Below, piece by piece: positions 41,701 to 49,637 of a stretch of DNA of 64,000 bases (within the stretch, counting starts at the first letter, position 1; each line of letters starts with the position of its first letter). The stretch covers positions 1,725 to 65,724 of the forward strand of contig CBDUZE010000021.1 of NCBI GenBank assembly GCA_965371625.1, in the 5' to 3' direction. This DNA is from an uncultured Alphaproteobacteria bacterium (lineage in GTDB: Bacteria > Pseudomonadota > Alphaproteobacteria > CBDUZE01). Position numbers and translations under genes: made by a program. The notes beneath the pieces were generated by a model. The model searched no databases and was not told the DNA's origin. It saw nothing but the letters and a program-made list of their open reading frames with translations.

Positions 41701-42938
41701 GTCCCGAAGTGCCGGTAGTGGTGGCCACGATTAATATCCAGGAGCTCGACCTCGACGCCTACCTGCCGCCGCCCGCGAAGGGGCCCGCGGGGCAGCCGGC
41801 GGGGCAGCCGGCGGCGCCGGCCCAGGGCTGGAGCACCGAGCCCTTCGACCTGGCGCCGCTGGCGCAGGTCGACGCCGACCTCCGCATCGAGACCGGGCCG
41901 GTCAAGTATCGCGGCCTGGTGATCGAGAGGAGCCGCATAGTGGCGCTCTTGAAGGACGCCGCGCTCACGGCCACGGTGGAGGAGCTCGTGCTCGCCGGCG
42001 GCCGGGTCGGCGCCGCCCTGGCGCTCGACGCCTCGGGCGCCGCCGCGGCGCTCTCCTATCAGGTCAACGTCGACGGGGTCCAGGCCAAGCCGGTTCTGAA
42101 GGCGCTCGCCGACAACGATCGGCTCAGCGGCACGATGCAGTTCGCGACCCGGGGCCAGGCGCGGGGCCGCAATCAGCTCGAGCTGGTTTCGAGCTTGAAC
42201 GGCGACGGCAGCCTCACCTTCCTCGACGGCGCCATCGCCGGCATCAACCTCGCCGCGGCGTTGCGCAAGGCCCGGACCCTGGGCTTCGACGCGGCCGCGG
42301 GCGAGCGCCAGAAGACCGACTTCGCCGAGCTCGGCGGCACCTTCACCATCACCAACGGGGTCATCGACAACCGCGATTTCAAGATGTTGGCGCCGCTGGT
42401 GAGGGTGCTCGGCGCCGGCCTGGTGCCGATGCCGCCCCGCACCATCGACTACCGCGTCGAGGCCAAGCTGGTCGCAAGCCTCGCCGGTCAGGGGGGCAAG
42501 GACGCGCTCGCCGGCCTCTCCATCCCCATCCACGTCACCGGCACCTGGGACAATCCCTCGTACAACGTCGACTACGCGAGCATGTTGAGGCAGGCGGCGC
42601 TGGATCCAGAGCGCCTCGCCAACATGCCCTCCGACCTCATGGGCATGGCCGAGGGCCTCGGCATCCCGCTCAAGCTTCCCACCCTGCCGAGCGGCGGCGA
42701 GACGGGCGGCGTCGGCGGGGCTATCGGCGCCGCCATCGGCGGAGCGCTGGGCGTGCTGCCCGGGGGCTCCTCGGGCGAACAGGCCACGGCGCCCGCCCCC
42801 GCCCCTGCCCCCGGGACCACGACCGAGGGCTCGAGCGGCGGCCTGCTGGGCACCCTGGAGCAGATCCTCAAACCCAAGGAGCCGCAAGAGGAGCCCGCGC
42901 CTTTGAAGATGCTCAAGGGTTTGTTCGGCGGCGATTAG
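38766..42938 (+). CDS. AsmA family protein (large periplasmic, N-terminal anchor) with three internal ~330-aa repeats
   Basis: The N-terminus MRKIVLIVVAAIVLLIVAAPFLIPVIVDLNDYKPRI is typical of AsmA. The C-terminal AsmA_2-like region reads NGVIDNRDFKM...HVTGTWDNPSY. The start was set at the ATG at 38766. Confidence 0.85.
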   Translation: MRKIVLIVVAAIVLLIVAAPFLIPVIVDLNDYKPRIAEAVREATGRDLEIGGEISYALLPAIEFSVSEVRLSNAPGMPTPEMLSLGSLRAKIALWPLISREVVIESLVIEELSLFLEVAEDGRQNWVFEAADETEGGLPEINDLRLGDVRLERGLVSYIDSRSGQAVQARDINVTVALADIASALTVKVRATVNDEAVIADLSVDSPAKVLSRERFAVTAALRSERLSAGLDGTVQQAPVPGFDGALSLDIDSVGELMAWLEQPLDPSQPDPGRLRVRARLVADGARVALEEATIEGEALEARASGSFDGSGEIAVVMLEVESGVLDIDRYLPPPVDEAPAAPEAAPAEADNAPPANPLAALSDQPLDLSPLRQTKADVKINIGGVKAAGFEIGRVALSLALDGGVLEADLTELGLYGGKVTGSVRLDGSGKALGAAVDLSVKAVDVGRLARAASAEAPVAGVASGTLKAAATGTSPRALAEAMTARLVFDLGGIDIKDAPAGAISGLAVDLDLPGLDRPMTLKGSVVYNKQKVDLDLTLDPLKQVLSADRFGVAAGVKSRLLSAAYKGDVLRRPAPGLDGALDLDVASVGRLAAWLGQPLDAGQPDPGPLTVRARFATEGARVVLEEATIAGTALEVRASGSFEKGDEVDKVVLNLQTGVLDIDRYLPPPAPLEAAPAEPEAVPAGDLLAALSDQPLDLGALRRTEAEVRAGIAGLKVMGYEVGELQFAARLKGGKLAADLAKLVLYGGSVAGKVRLDATGEILGAALDLELKGVDVGALARAAMGDEAPLAGVASGTLSATTGGRSPRALAEGLKGKLAFELGAIDVKDAPVGAISELVVALDFPGLEAPPSLKGSVTYNQERVAFDLTLDPLKKVLGGERFALKAALASNLINVAYDGSVQQRPTPGLDGALDLDVASVGRLAAWLGQPLDPAQPDPGPLKVRARFATEGARATLEQATIAGKAVRASLQGSFDSSPEVPVVVATINIQELDLDAYLPPPAKGPAGQPAGQPAAPAQGWSTEPFDLAPLAQVDADLRIETGPVKYRGLVIERSRIVALLKDAALTATVEELVLAGGRVGAALALDASGAAAALSYQVNVDGVQAKPVLKALADNDRLSGTMQFATRGQARGRNQLELVSSLNGDGSLTFLDGAIAGINLAAALRKARTLGFDAAAGERQKTDFAELGGTFTITNGVIDNRDFKMLAPLVRVLGAGLVPMPPRTIDYRVEAKLVASLAGQGGKDALAGLSIPIHVTGTWDNPSYNVDYASMLRQAALDPERLANMPSDLMGMAEGLGIPLKLPTLPSGGETGGVGGAIGAAIGGALGVLPGGSSGEQATAPAPAPAPGTTTEGSSGGLLGTLEQILKPKEPQEEPAPLKMLKGLFGGD

Positions 42939-42990
42939 CGGCGCGGCGGCGCGAAGGGGCAGGGGTTGATTAAATGGGGTCAGAGTCCAA

Positions 42991-43965
42991 TTAATCGGCC
43001 GAGAGCGCCTCGGCCAGCAGCGCCGGGTCGACGTTGCCGCCCGAGGCGATCACCGCCACCGTCTTGCCGCGGCCATCGAAGCGCCCGGCGATAACCGCGG
43101 CGAGCGCCACCGCGCCGCCGGGCTCGGCCACCACCTTGAGGTGCCGAAGCGAGAGCGCCATGGCGCGCCGCACCTCGGCGTCGTCGACCGCCAGCCCGCC
43201 GGCGAGACGCTTGGCGTTGAGGGCGAAGGTGAGCTCGCCGGGGATCGGGATCACGAGCGCGTCGCAGATGCTCCTGCCGCCCTCGCGGTTGGCCACCCGA
43301 CGCCCGAGCGCGAGCGAGCGCGCGGTGTCGTCGAAGCCTTGCGGCTCCACCGCCCACAGCGGCACCCCCGGGAGCGCGCGTTCCAGCGCCAGCCCGACGC
43401 CTCCGATCAGGCCGCCGCCGCCGCAGGGGCAGAGCACGGCGTCGGGGACGACGCCGATCTCGGCGAGCTGTCGCCCGAGCTCGAGCCCCACGGTGCCCTG
43501 GCCGGCGATGACGTGGAAGTCGTCGTAAGGCCGCACCAAGGTGGCGCCCCGTTCCGCCATCAGCCGCTCGCCGATCTCCTCGCGACTTTCCGAGGCGCGA
43601 TCGTAGAGCACCACCTCGGCGCCCAGGCGCCGGGTGCCGGCGAGCTTCACCGCGGGCGCGTCGCGCGGCATGACGATGGTCGCGGGGGCGCCGACCAGGG
43701 CCGCCGCCGCCGCCACGCCTTGAGCGTGGTTGCCCGACGAGTAGGCGATCACGCCGCGCCGCCGCTCCTCCTCCGAAAGCCGGCTGACGCGGTTGTAGGC
43801 GCCGCGGAACTTGAACGAGCCGGTGCGTTGCAGCATCTCGCACTTGACCAGCACCCGGCCGCCCACGATCGCGTTGAGCGCTTCCGCTTCAAGCACCGGG
43901 GTGGCCACCGCCAGGCCCTCGAGCCGGGCCGCCGCCTCGACCACGTCGCCGTGGCCGGGGAGCAC
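42991..43965 (-). CDS. threonine ammonia-lyase / serine-threonine dehydratase family (PLP fold type II)
   Basis: The PLP-lysine motif is QRTGSFKFRGA. SSGNHAQG and CPCGGGGLIGG are present. I prefer the GTG at 43965. The longest ORF (TTG at 44004) starts inside repeat copy B. Confidence 0.8.
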   Translation of the reverse strand: MLPGHGDVVEAAARLEGLAVATPVLEAEALNAIVGGRVLVKCEMLQRTGSFKFRGAYNRVSRLSEEERRRGVIAYSSGNHAQGVAAAAALVGAPATIVMPRDAPAVKLAGTRRLGAEVVLYDRASESREEIGERLMAERGATLVRPYDDFHVIAGQGTVGLELGRQLAEIGVVPDAVLCPCGGGGLIGGVGLALERALPGVPLWAVEPQGFDDTARSLALGRRVANREGGRSICDALVIPIPGELTFALNAKRLAGGLAVDDAEVRRAMALSLRHLKVVAEPGGAVALAAVIAGRFDGRGKTVAVIASGGNVDPALLAEALSAD

Positions 43966-43986
43966 GCGCGGCGCGATTTCGGCCTC

Positions 43987-44134
43987 AGAGCGATTCCAGG
44001 TCAATTGGAATCGCTCTCAGGCCGCGACCGCGGCCCGCCGGTCGTCCGGCGCGCCCGCGCAGGCGCGGGCCCTTGGGTCCGCTGCCGTGAGCGAAAAGAG
44101 CCGAGAGCGGTTCCGAGCAATGCGGAACCGCTCT
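43987..44134 (-). repeat. 148-nt double-hairpin intergenic element, copy B (inverted relative to copy A)
   Basis: Its reverse complement aligns end to end with 33160-33307. By hand count about 134 of 148 positions are identical. Confidence 0.85.
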
Positions 44135-44996
44135 AGTGCCGGGCGATGAAGTCATCGAGGGCGGCGCGGCACTCGGGCTCGTCCAAGAGCGGCGCGTGGC
44201 CGCGGTTGGCGACGCTGACCCGCACCAGGTCGGGCTTGGCCTCGGCCATGGCGACGACCGTGGCCTCGCTCAGGAAGTCCGAGATGGCGCCCCGGATCAC
44301 CAGCGTCGGCACCTCCGCGAGGGCCCCGAACAGGGGCCACATGTCGGCGCTCGCGGCGTCGTTTTCCAAGGCGCGGCGGATCGCCGGGTCGTAGTCGAGC
44401 GCCGGCTTGCCGTCGGCGTCCTCGCGGAAGTGGATGCGGGCGAGCGCGCGCCAGCGCTCCTCAGGCAAATCGGGATAGGCCACGCCGAACAGCTCCTTGA
44501 GGCGTCGGGTCGCCGCCTCCCAGTCGCCGAGCGCCGTCTCCTGGCCGACGTAGCCCTTGATGCGGGCGATGCCCGCGCCGTCGATCTCGGGGCCGATGTC
44601 GTTGAGCACCACGGCGGCGAGCGCCGAGGGCAGCGCCACCGCCAGGCCCATGGCGAGGATGCCGCCGAGCGAGGTGCCGACGACGATGACCCGGTGCACG
44701 TTCTCGGCGGCGAGCAGGTGGGTGACGTCGCGGATGTAGACCGGCGCCCGATAGTTGCGCCAGTGGGGGTCGTAGGCCGAGCGCCCGCGGCCGCGGTAGT
44801 CCATCGCTAGCACCCGGCGCTCGGGCGCGTAGCGCAGCGCCAGCTCGTGGAAGTCCTTCGCGTTCCGCGTCAGCCCGGCAAGGCACAGCAGCGGCGTCTT
44901 CGCGGACGCGGCGTCGCCGTAGTGGCGGTACGAGAGCGCCAGGCCATCCTGGGCCGAGACGGTGCGCTCGAGGAAGTCCGGCGCGCCGCCCGTCAT
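44133..44996 (-). CDS. alpha/beta hydrolase
   Basis: It has the nucleophile elbow VVGTSLGG, the HGLxxN-like LCLAGLTRN, and a C-terminal His region (NRGHAPLLDEP). Confidence 0.8.
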   Translation of the reverse strand: MTGGAPDFLERTVSAQDGLALSYRHYGDAASAKTPLLCLAGLTRNAKDFHELALRYAPERRVLAMDYRGRGRSAYDPHWRNYRAPVYIRDVTHLLAAENVHRVIVVGTSLGGILAMGLAVALPSALAAVVLNDIGPEIDGAGIARIKGYVGQETALGDWEAATRRLKELFGVAYPDLPEERWRALARIHFREDADGKPALDYDPAIRRALENDAASADMWPLFGALAEVPTLVIRGAISDFLSEATVVAMAEAKPDLVRVSVANRGHAPLLDEPECRAALDDFIARH

Positions 44997-45686
44997 TCAC
45001 TCGGCCCCGACGACGGCCGGCAGGTCATGAAGGGTCGAGAGCTCGACGTCGGGCTGACCCGGCAGGCGCTCGGGGGCCTGGCCGAAGCGGTTGATCCACA
45101 CCACGCGGAAGCCCGAGCTCGAGGCGGCGTAGGCGTCCCAGGCGTTGGAGGACTGGAACGACATGCGGCCGGTCTCGATGCCGAAGTGCTGCTCGGCCAT
45201 CTTGTAGACCGAGGGATGGGGCTTGAAGACGCCCACCGACTCGACCGAGAGGATGGCGTCGAGGTCATCGGTGATGCCGGCGTTGGCCGCCGCCGCCTCG
45301 AGCATCTCGGGCGAACCGTTCGACAGGATCGCGGTCTTGATGCCGCTGGCCTTGAGGCGCCGCAAGGTCTCGGGCACCTCGGGGTAGCAATCGAGCGACA
45401 TGTAGAGGTCGGCGAGGCGGCCGCGCAAGCCGGCATCGTCCAGCCCCAGGCTCGCCATGGCGAAATCGAGGGCGTCGCCGGTGACCTGCCAGAAGTCCTT
45501 GTGCTTGCCCATCAGGGCTCTGAGCCAGGTGTACTGGAGCTGCTTGGTGCGCCACAGGTCGGCCAGCGGCTGCCACTGCTCACCGAGCTCGCCCGCGCAG
45601 TTCTGGGCCGCGGCGTTGACGTCGAACAGGGTGCCGTAGGCATCGAACACGCAGGCGGAGATATTCTCGAGCTTGGGCGTCGCCAT
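44997..45686 (-). CDS. haloacid dehalogenase type II (L-2-haloacid dehalogenase family)
   Basis: VFDAYGTLFDV...WRTKQLQYTWLR...SNG...FKPHPSVY...SSNAWD matches the family. Confidence 0.85.
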   Translation of the reverse strand: MATPKLENISACVFDAYGTLFDVNAAAQNCAGELGEQWQPLADLWRTKQLQYTWLRALMGKHKDFWQVTGDALDFAMASLGLDDAGLRGRLADLYMSLDCYPEVPETLRRLKASGIKTAILSNGSPEMLEAAAANAGITDDLDAILSVESVGVFKPHPSVYKMAEQHFGIETGRMSFQSSNAWDAYAASSSGFRVVWINRFGQAPERLPGQPDVELSTLHDLPAVVGAE

Positions 45687-45816
45687 GGGGGTCTCCCGCT
45701 GAGGTGGATCGGTCGCGCACGGTGGTGGCGCGCCACGTTACCCGAGGCGCCGGCCGATTGCCAACGGCCGTGACCGCTCGCCACGGGCGGCGGCCGGTCA
45801 AACCATTGTGCGCGCC

Positions 45817-47835
45817 TCAGTTGGCGCCGCCGTTGCGCGCCAGGTCCTCCTCCAGGGTCAGCGCCATCCTGGCGCCGCCGAGCCGGAGGCGGTAGACCTG
45901 GAGGCCTTCGAGCACCCGGTGCAAGTAGTTGCGGGTCTCGGCAAAGGGGACGAGCTCGATCCAGTCGACCGCGTCGACCTCGCCCGTTCGCGGGTCGCCG
46001 AACGCCTTGAGCCAGCGCTTGACCCGCGACGGTCCGGCGTTGTAGGCGGCCAGCGCCAGCACATAAGAGCCGTCGTGGCGCTCGATGAGTTCGGCGAGGA
46101 AGGCGCTCCCGAGCCGCGCGTTGTACCACGGGTCCTCGGTGAGCTTCTTCTTGTCGTAGCGGAGCTTGAGCTGGCGCGACATCATCTTGGCGGTCGCGGG
46201 CAGGATCTGCATCAGGCCACGGGCGCCGCGGTTGCTCACCGCTTTCGGGTTGAACTCGCTCTCCTGGCGCGCCACCGCCAACAGCAGCGCGGGTTCCGAC
46301 GCCCCGCCCGCCGGCAGGCCGATGACCGGATAGCTCGCGCCCGCCAACACCACGCCGGCGCGCACCGAGCGCTTGGTCGAGGCCACGGCGAGGTCGGCGC
46401 GGCCCGCGCTCTTGGCCAGCATCGCCACCAGGGCGTGCTCGGCCGGGGTCTCGGCGAGCTCGTTGAGCCGCATGATGAAGGGCCTCAGGCGCGCCTTCTC
46501 GCCGAGCTCCGACAAGAGCCGCACCGCGCGCACCAGCTCGCGGGCGTTGAAGGCCTCGACCGCCTCGGGCCCCGGCGAGGGGTCGGGATCGAGGGCGAGT
46601 GCCGGCCCATCGCCCAGCTTGAGGGCGGCGAGCTGGCCGTAGAAGGTGGTGGGATGGGCGGCCCCCAGCGCATACCACTGCTGGGCCAGCTTGGTCTCGT
46701 CCATGCTCTCGGCCGACCGTCCCGCCCAGTAGGCGCCGCGGGCGCGGCTGATGGGGAAGCGCACGGCGTCGTAAAGGCGCGCGAAGTGGCCATAGGCGAC
46801 CCGGTCATCGCCCAGGAACCTGAGCCCGATCCAGCCCGCCAGCCACTCGGCCTCGGCGAAATCGGCGCCCTTGCTTTGCTTATGCGCCTGGGCCAAACGA
46901 TAAGCCTCCGTGACCGCCCCCTCCTCGAGGGCGCGGCGCACCTGGATGGCGCGCTCGACCCACCAGGCGTGAGGCCGGATCACGTCATCGGGCGGGTCGA
47001 CGAGGAGCTCGCGGGCGCTGGCGTCGAAGGCCTTGCGCCGGCGCCAGCGTAGGCGTTCGTAAACCAGCCCCGGATGGTCCTTGAGATCGGCCGGCACCCG
47101 GGCAATGGCGGGATCGACGCCGCCCGCCCGCTCCATCAGCCTGAGCCGGGCCTCGGCCAAGAGCCGGACCTCTTTCGAGACCCGGCGCAGCATGCGCCGC
47201 GCGGCGCCGCGGCGGCCGTCCCACAACAGCCGGTCGAGGCGCGCCTCGTGATCGGCGCGGATGAGCTGCTTGCGGTGGCGCTTATAGAGGCGGCGCTCGT
47301 CGCTGCGCGCGAAGTCGTCCCTGACCCAGGCGTGGCGCAGCCAGGCGAGGCCCTCCTCCGCCTTGCCCGCGCCCATCAGCGCCTCGGCGAGACGTACCCG
47401 CCCGAGGCCCGAGACCGGCGCGTGATCGGCGAACCAGGCCAGCACGTCGGCATCCGGCAGGTGCTCGTCCAGCGCCGCCTCGGCGTTGCGCCGGAGCGCC
47501 CGTTGCGAGGGCCACTCAGGGTTGCCGGCGATGAAAGCGGCGATCTCGGCGAAGGGCGCGCGGGCGCCGCGCTCGGCGAGATACGACCAGGCGATGACCT
47601 TGGCCGGGAGCGGATCGCTGGCCCGGGCCCCGAGGCGCCGCGCCGCGCCCCACTTGCGTTTGGCCATGGCGGCGAAGGCGCGCCGGTAGAGCTTCCAGTC
47701 GGCGCTCGAGAGCAAACCGCCCTGGGCCTCGGGGAACTCGGTCGGGAGATAGGCCAGCGCCGGGCCTGAGCCGCCCAGGCCGAGCCCGGCGGCGAGCACG
47801 CAGACGGCAATGGCGATCCTGGGTCTCGGCACCAT
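45817..47835 (-). CDS. soluble lytic murein transglycosylase (Slt70-like)
   Basis: It has a signal peptide (MVPRPRIAIAVCVLAAGLGLG), a superhelical U-domain, and the SLT catalytic motifs ARQESEFNP and GLMQILPATA...AAYNAGP. The start was set at the ATG at 47835. Confidence 0.85.
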   Translation of the reverse strand: MVPRPRIAIAVCVLAAGLGLGGSGPALAYLPTEFPEAQGGLLSSADWKLYRRAFAAMAKRKWGAARRLGARASDPLPAKVIAWSYLAERGARAPFAEIAAFIAGNPEWPSQRALRRNAEAALDEHLPDADVLAWFADHAPVSGLGRVRLAEALMGAGKAEEGLAWLRHAWVRDDFARSDERRLYKRHRKQLIRADHEARLDRLLWDGRRGAARRMLRRVSKEVRLLAEARLRLMERAGGVDPAIARVPADLKDHPGLVYERLRWRRRKAFDASARELLVDPPDDVIRPHAWWVERAIQVRRALEEGAVTEAYRLAQAHKQSKGADFAEAEWLAGWIGLRFLGDDRVAYGHFARLYDAVRFPISRARGAYWAGRSAESMDETKLAQQWYALGAAHPTTFYGQLAALKLGDGPALALDPDPSPGPEAVEAFNARELVRAVRLLSELGEKARLRPFIMRLNELAETPAEHALVAMLAKSAGRADLAVASTKRSVRAGVVLAGASYPVIGLPAGGASEPALLLAVARQESEFNPKAVSNRGARGLMQILPATAKMMSRQLKLRYDKKKLTEDPWYNARLGSAFLAELIERHDGSYVLALAAYNAGPSRVKRWLKAFGDPRTGEVDAVDWIELVPFAETRNYLHRVLEGLQVYRLRLGGARMALTLEEDLARNGGAN

Positions 47836-48029
47836 GTTCCCCGTCCCACGGCGGCTCCGGAACGCGGCCGCGAGCGGTCGCCGGGCCCGCGAGCTGCCCG
47901 CTGGCGATGATACGCGCAAAGCGCTGAGCCATCCAGCGCGCCGGCGCGAGCGCGGCGGTAGTGTCTCAGTTTGAAAATCGGCTCCCGACCCGTTGCGTTC
48001 GCTCGCCGTCGAGCACCCGTTGATGGCCG

Positions 48030-48908
48030 TTGACCCGGGGCGGCTGTTGGCACGCTATAATGGCCAACATGATCGTGAGGGCCGAAATGGATCGAGCGCG
48101 CATTCGTTCGGTTGGCGACCTCGAAGTCGTTTTGATCCACGAGTCCCATGAGGCGCTCGCGACAATCATTGATTCCAGGCTCTATACAGTACTTGGAGCC
48201 GCTCCCGACCAACAAGTTTCGTTCCAGAACGATCTATTTTTCGATTTATTCCTCATTCAAACTGTCGAACTGTTCGTCAAGGGCAAGAGTATCCGCTTTG
48301 ATGACGAAACACAAATGACGTTGAGCCTCGTTGATGGCCTAAAATGGTTGTGTGAAACCTACCCCGTGGAAGTGGCACAGTGCAGTCTCGCAGATGCACT
48401 CCAGACGCTCATGGCGTGGATTGACACGGAGGTGGAGTTTAGCTTTTGGTCTCCTGATATCGATGCCCAGGTTGAGTTCCCTCTCTCCAGAAGAGACCTT
48501 ATTTGGTTCGGGGCAAATTGCGCGAAACACAATATTCTCCGCCTATCTGCGGTGCTTGAGAGACTTGACAGGAGGCTCAAAAGGGCCGACATCGAGATCA
48601 CCGCAGACAACACGATCGCCGTGCTCGACGCGCTAAATGATGAGGTGCGAGCCCGACTGTTATATCATGCAACCTATTTGATCGAGCTTCTCGGCAATAT
48701 GTTTGTAGGCCTCAACCGCCTTGTTTGGGCTCGCTACAGTGCAAATCCAACCAATCGAGTTCTGGAAATGACAATGCCGCCAGGGGTCACATCGGACGTG
48801 TTCCGGAATCTCTATAGCAACGTTCTCGTTTTCAAGCGTTATGACGAGAGCGCACGAATTTCCCCGCTTGTCCCTACCACGTGGCGGTTTCTTAAGCTGC
48901 GGTATTGA
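48030..48908 (+). CDS. hypothetical protein (orphan, AT-richer DNA)
   Basis: This is the only long ORF in the low-GC stretch. It has no recognisable motif. Likely starts are the ATG at 48060 or 48069 (MIVRAEM). Confidence 0.5.
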   Translation: MTRGGCWHAIMANMIVRAEMDRARIRSVGDLEVVLIHESHEALATIIDSRLYTVLGAAPDQQVSFQNDLFFDLFLIQTVELFVKGKSIRFDDETQMTLSLVDGLKWLCETYPVEVAQCSLADALQTLMAWIDTEVEFSFWSPDIDAQVEFPLSRRDLIWFGANCAKHNILRLSAVLERLDRRLKRADIEITADNTIAVLDALNDEVRARLLYHATYLIELLGNMFVGLNRLVWARYSANPTNRVLEMTMPPGVTSDVFRNLYSNVLVFKRYDESARISPLVPTTWRFLKLRY

Positions 48909-49141
48909 TATCGGAGCCTGCTATACTGTCGATAGAGCCTCGACTGTCTCGGAGACTAACCCACCGGCAGCCGTTCGGGTGGCTCCTCCTCTATTGCGAT
49001 CAATCCCTCCTGGCGCAGATACGCCGTTCAATTGGCTTGAGCCGATGGCGGCCTTCCACCTATAGCCGATATTCAAAGTGATACACTGTCAAGCCGGGAC
49101 CCGAGTTGACAGCCCGCCGGCGCCCGAGCAGTCTTCGGCTC

Positions 49142-49366
49142 ATGCAGAACTTCGACCTTGTCTTGCCCCTGGCCCGCGACGCCCTGGCCCACTCCAGCTT
49201 CGCCCCGGACCTCCTCCGGCGCATCGCCCAGATCAAGAACGTGCTCGACCGAGCGGCGCGCGACGGGGATGGCGCCGCGGCCGTAGAGGCCCAGGACCAG
49301 GCCGCCGCCCTCGGGGAGATCCTCGAGCGCTATCCTCCCGTGGGCCGCCTGCGCCTGGGCGTTTGA
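49142..49366 (+). CDS. hypothetical small protein (weak call)
   Basis: The ORF MQNFDLVLPLARDAL... lies in a GC-rich spacer between two AT-richer blocks. There is no family support. Confidence 0.2.
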   Translation: MQNFDLVLPLARDALAHSSFAPDLLRRIAQIKNVLDRAARDGDGAAAVEAQDQAAALGEILERYPPVGRLRLGV

Positions 49367-49433
49367 CGGCCGCCCTCACGTGGCGCTCGGGGCCGCGCTT
49401 TGTGTTTCGCGTCCGCGTCTTCGGTTGACCTAA

Positions 49434-49568
49434 CCCCAGCTTTTCGGCACCCCGGCCCGTCCGGAGGCTTCGGCGACGGCCGCCCGCCACAACCTCGTGC
49501 TCTACACGCACGACCGCGACTTCCTGAACCGGGACTTCCTGGGCCTCGAGGTCATTTCGTTTCTCTAG
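49434..49568 (+). pseudogene. 3' fragment of a PIN-domain (VapC-like) toxin gene
   Basis: The frame ends ...AARHNLVLYTHDRDFLNRDFLGLEVISFL*. This resembles the C-terminus of VapC toxins (..LTLVTHDRDF..PGL.V). There is no start codon and no N-terminal PIN acidic residues; the frame opens just after a TAA at 49431. Confidence 0.4.
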
Positions 49569-49637
49569 CGCTAGCAAGGCATCCGTTGCTGGTGCACGCC
49601 GCTGTGCGCGAGATCGAGTTCACCTAATCCAGCGATC

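Noticed and set aside
43966-44004. The TTG at 44004 as the start of the threonine dehydratase (the longest ORF).
   Set aside because: These 13 codons (MTWNRSEAEIAPR) are encoded by the hairpin of repeat copy B. The same repeat gives similar pseudo-peptides in other frames and at the other copy. The GTG at 43965 gives a normal N-terminus.
48030-48069. TTGACC (48030-48035) plus TATAAT (48056-48061) as a promoter giving a leaderless mRNA for the 292-aa ORF.
   Set aside because: The spacer between the hexamers is 20 nt, outside the usual 16-18 nt. The TATAAT may be fortuitous in AT-richer DNA.
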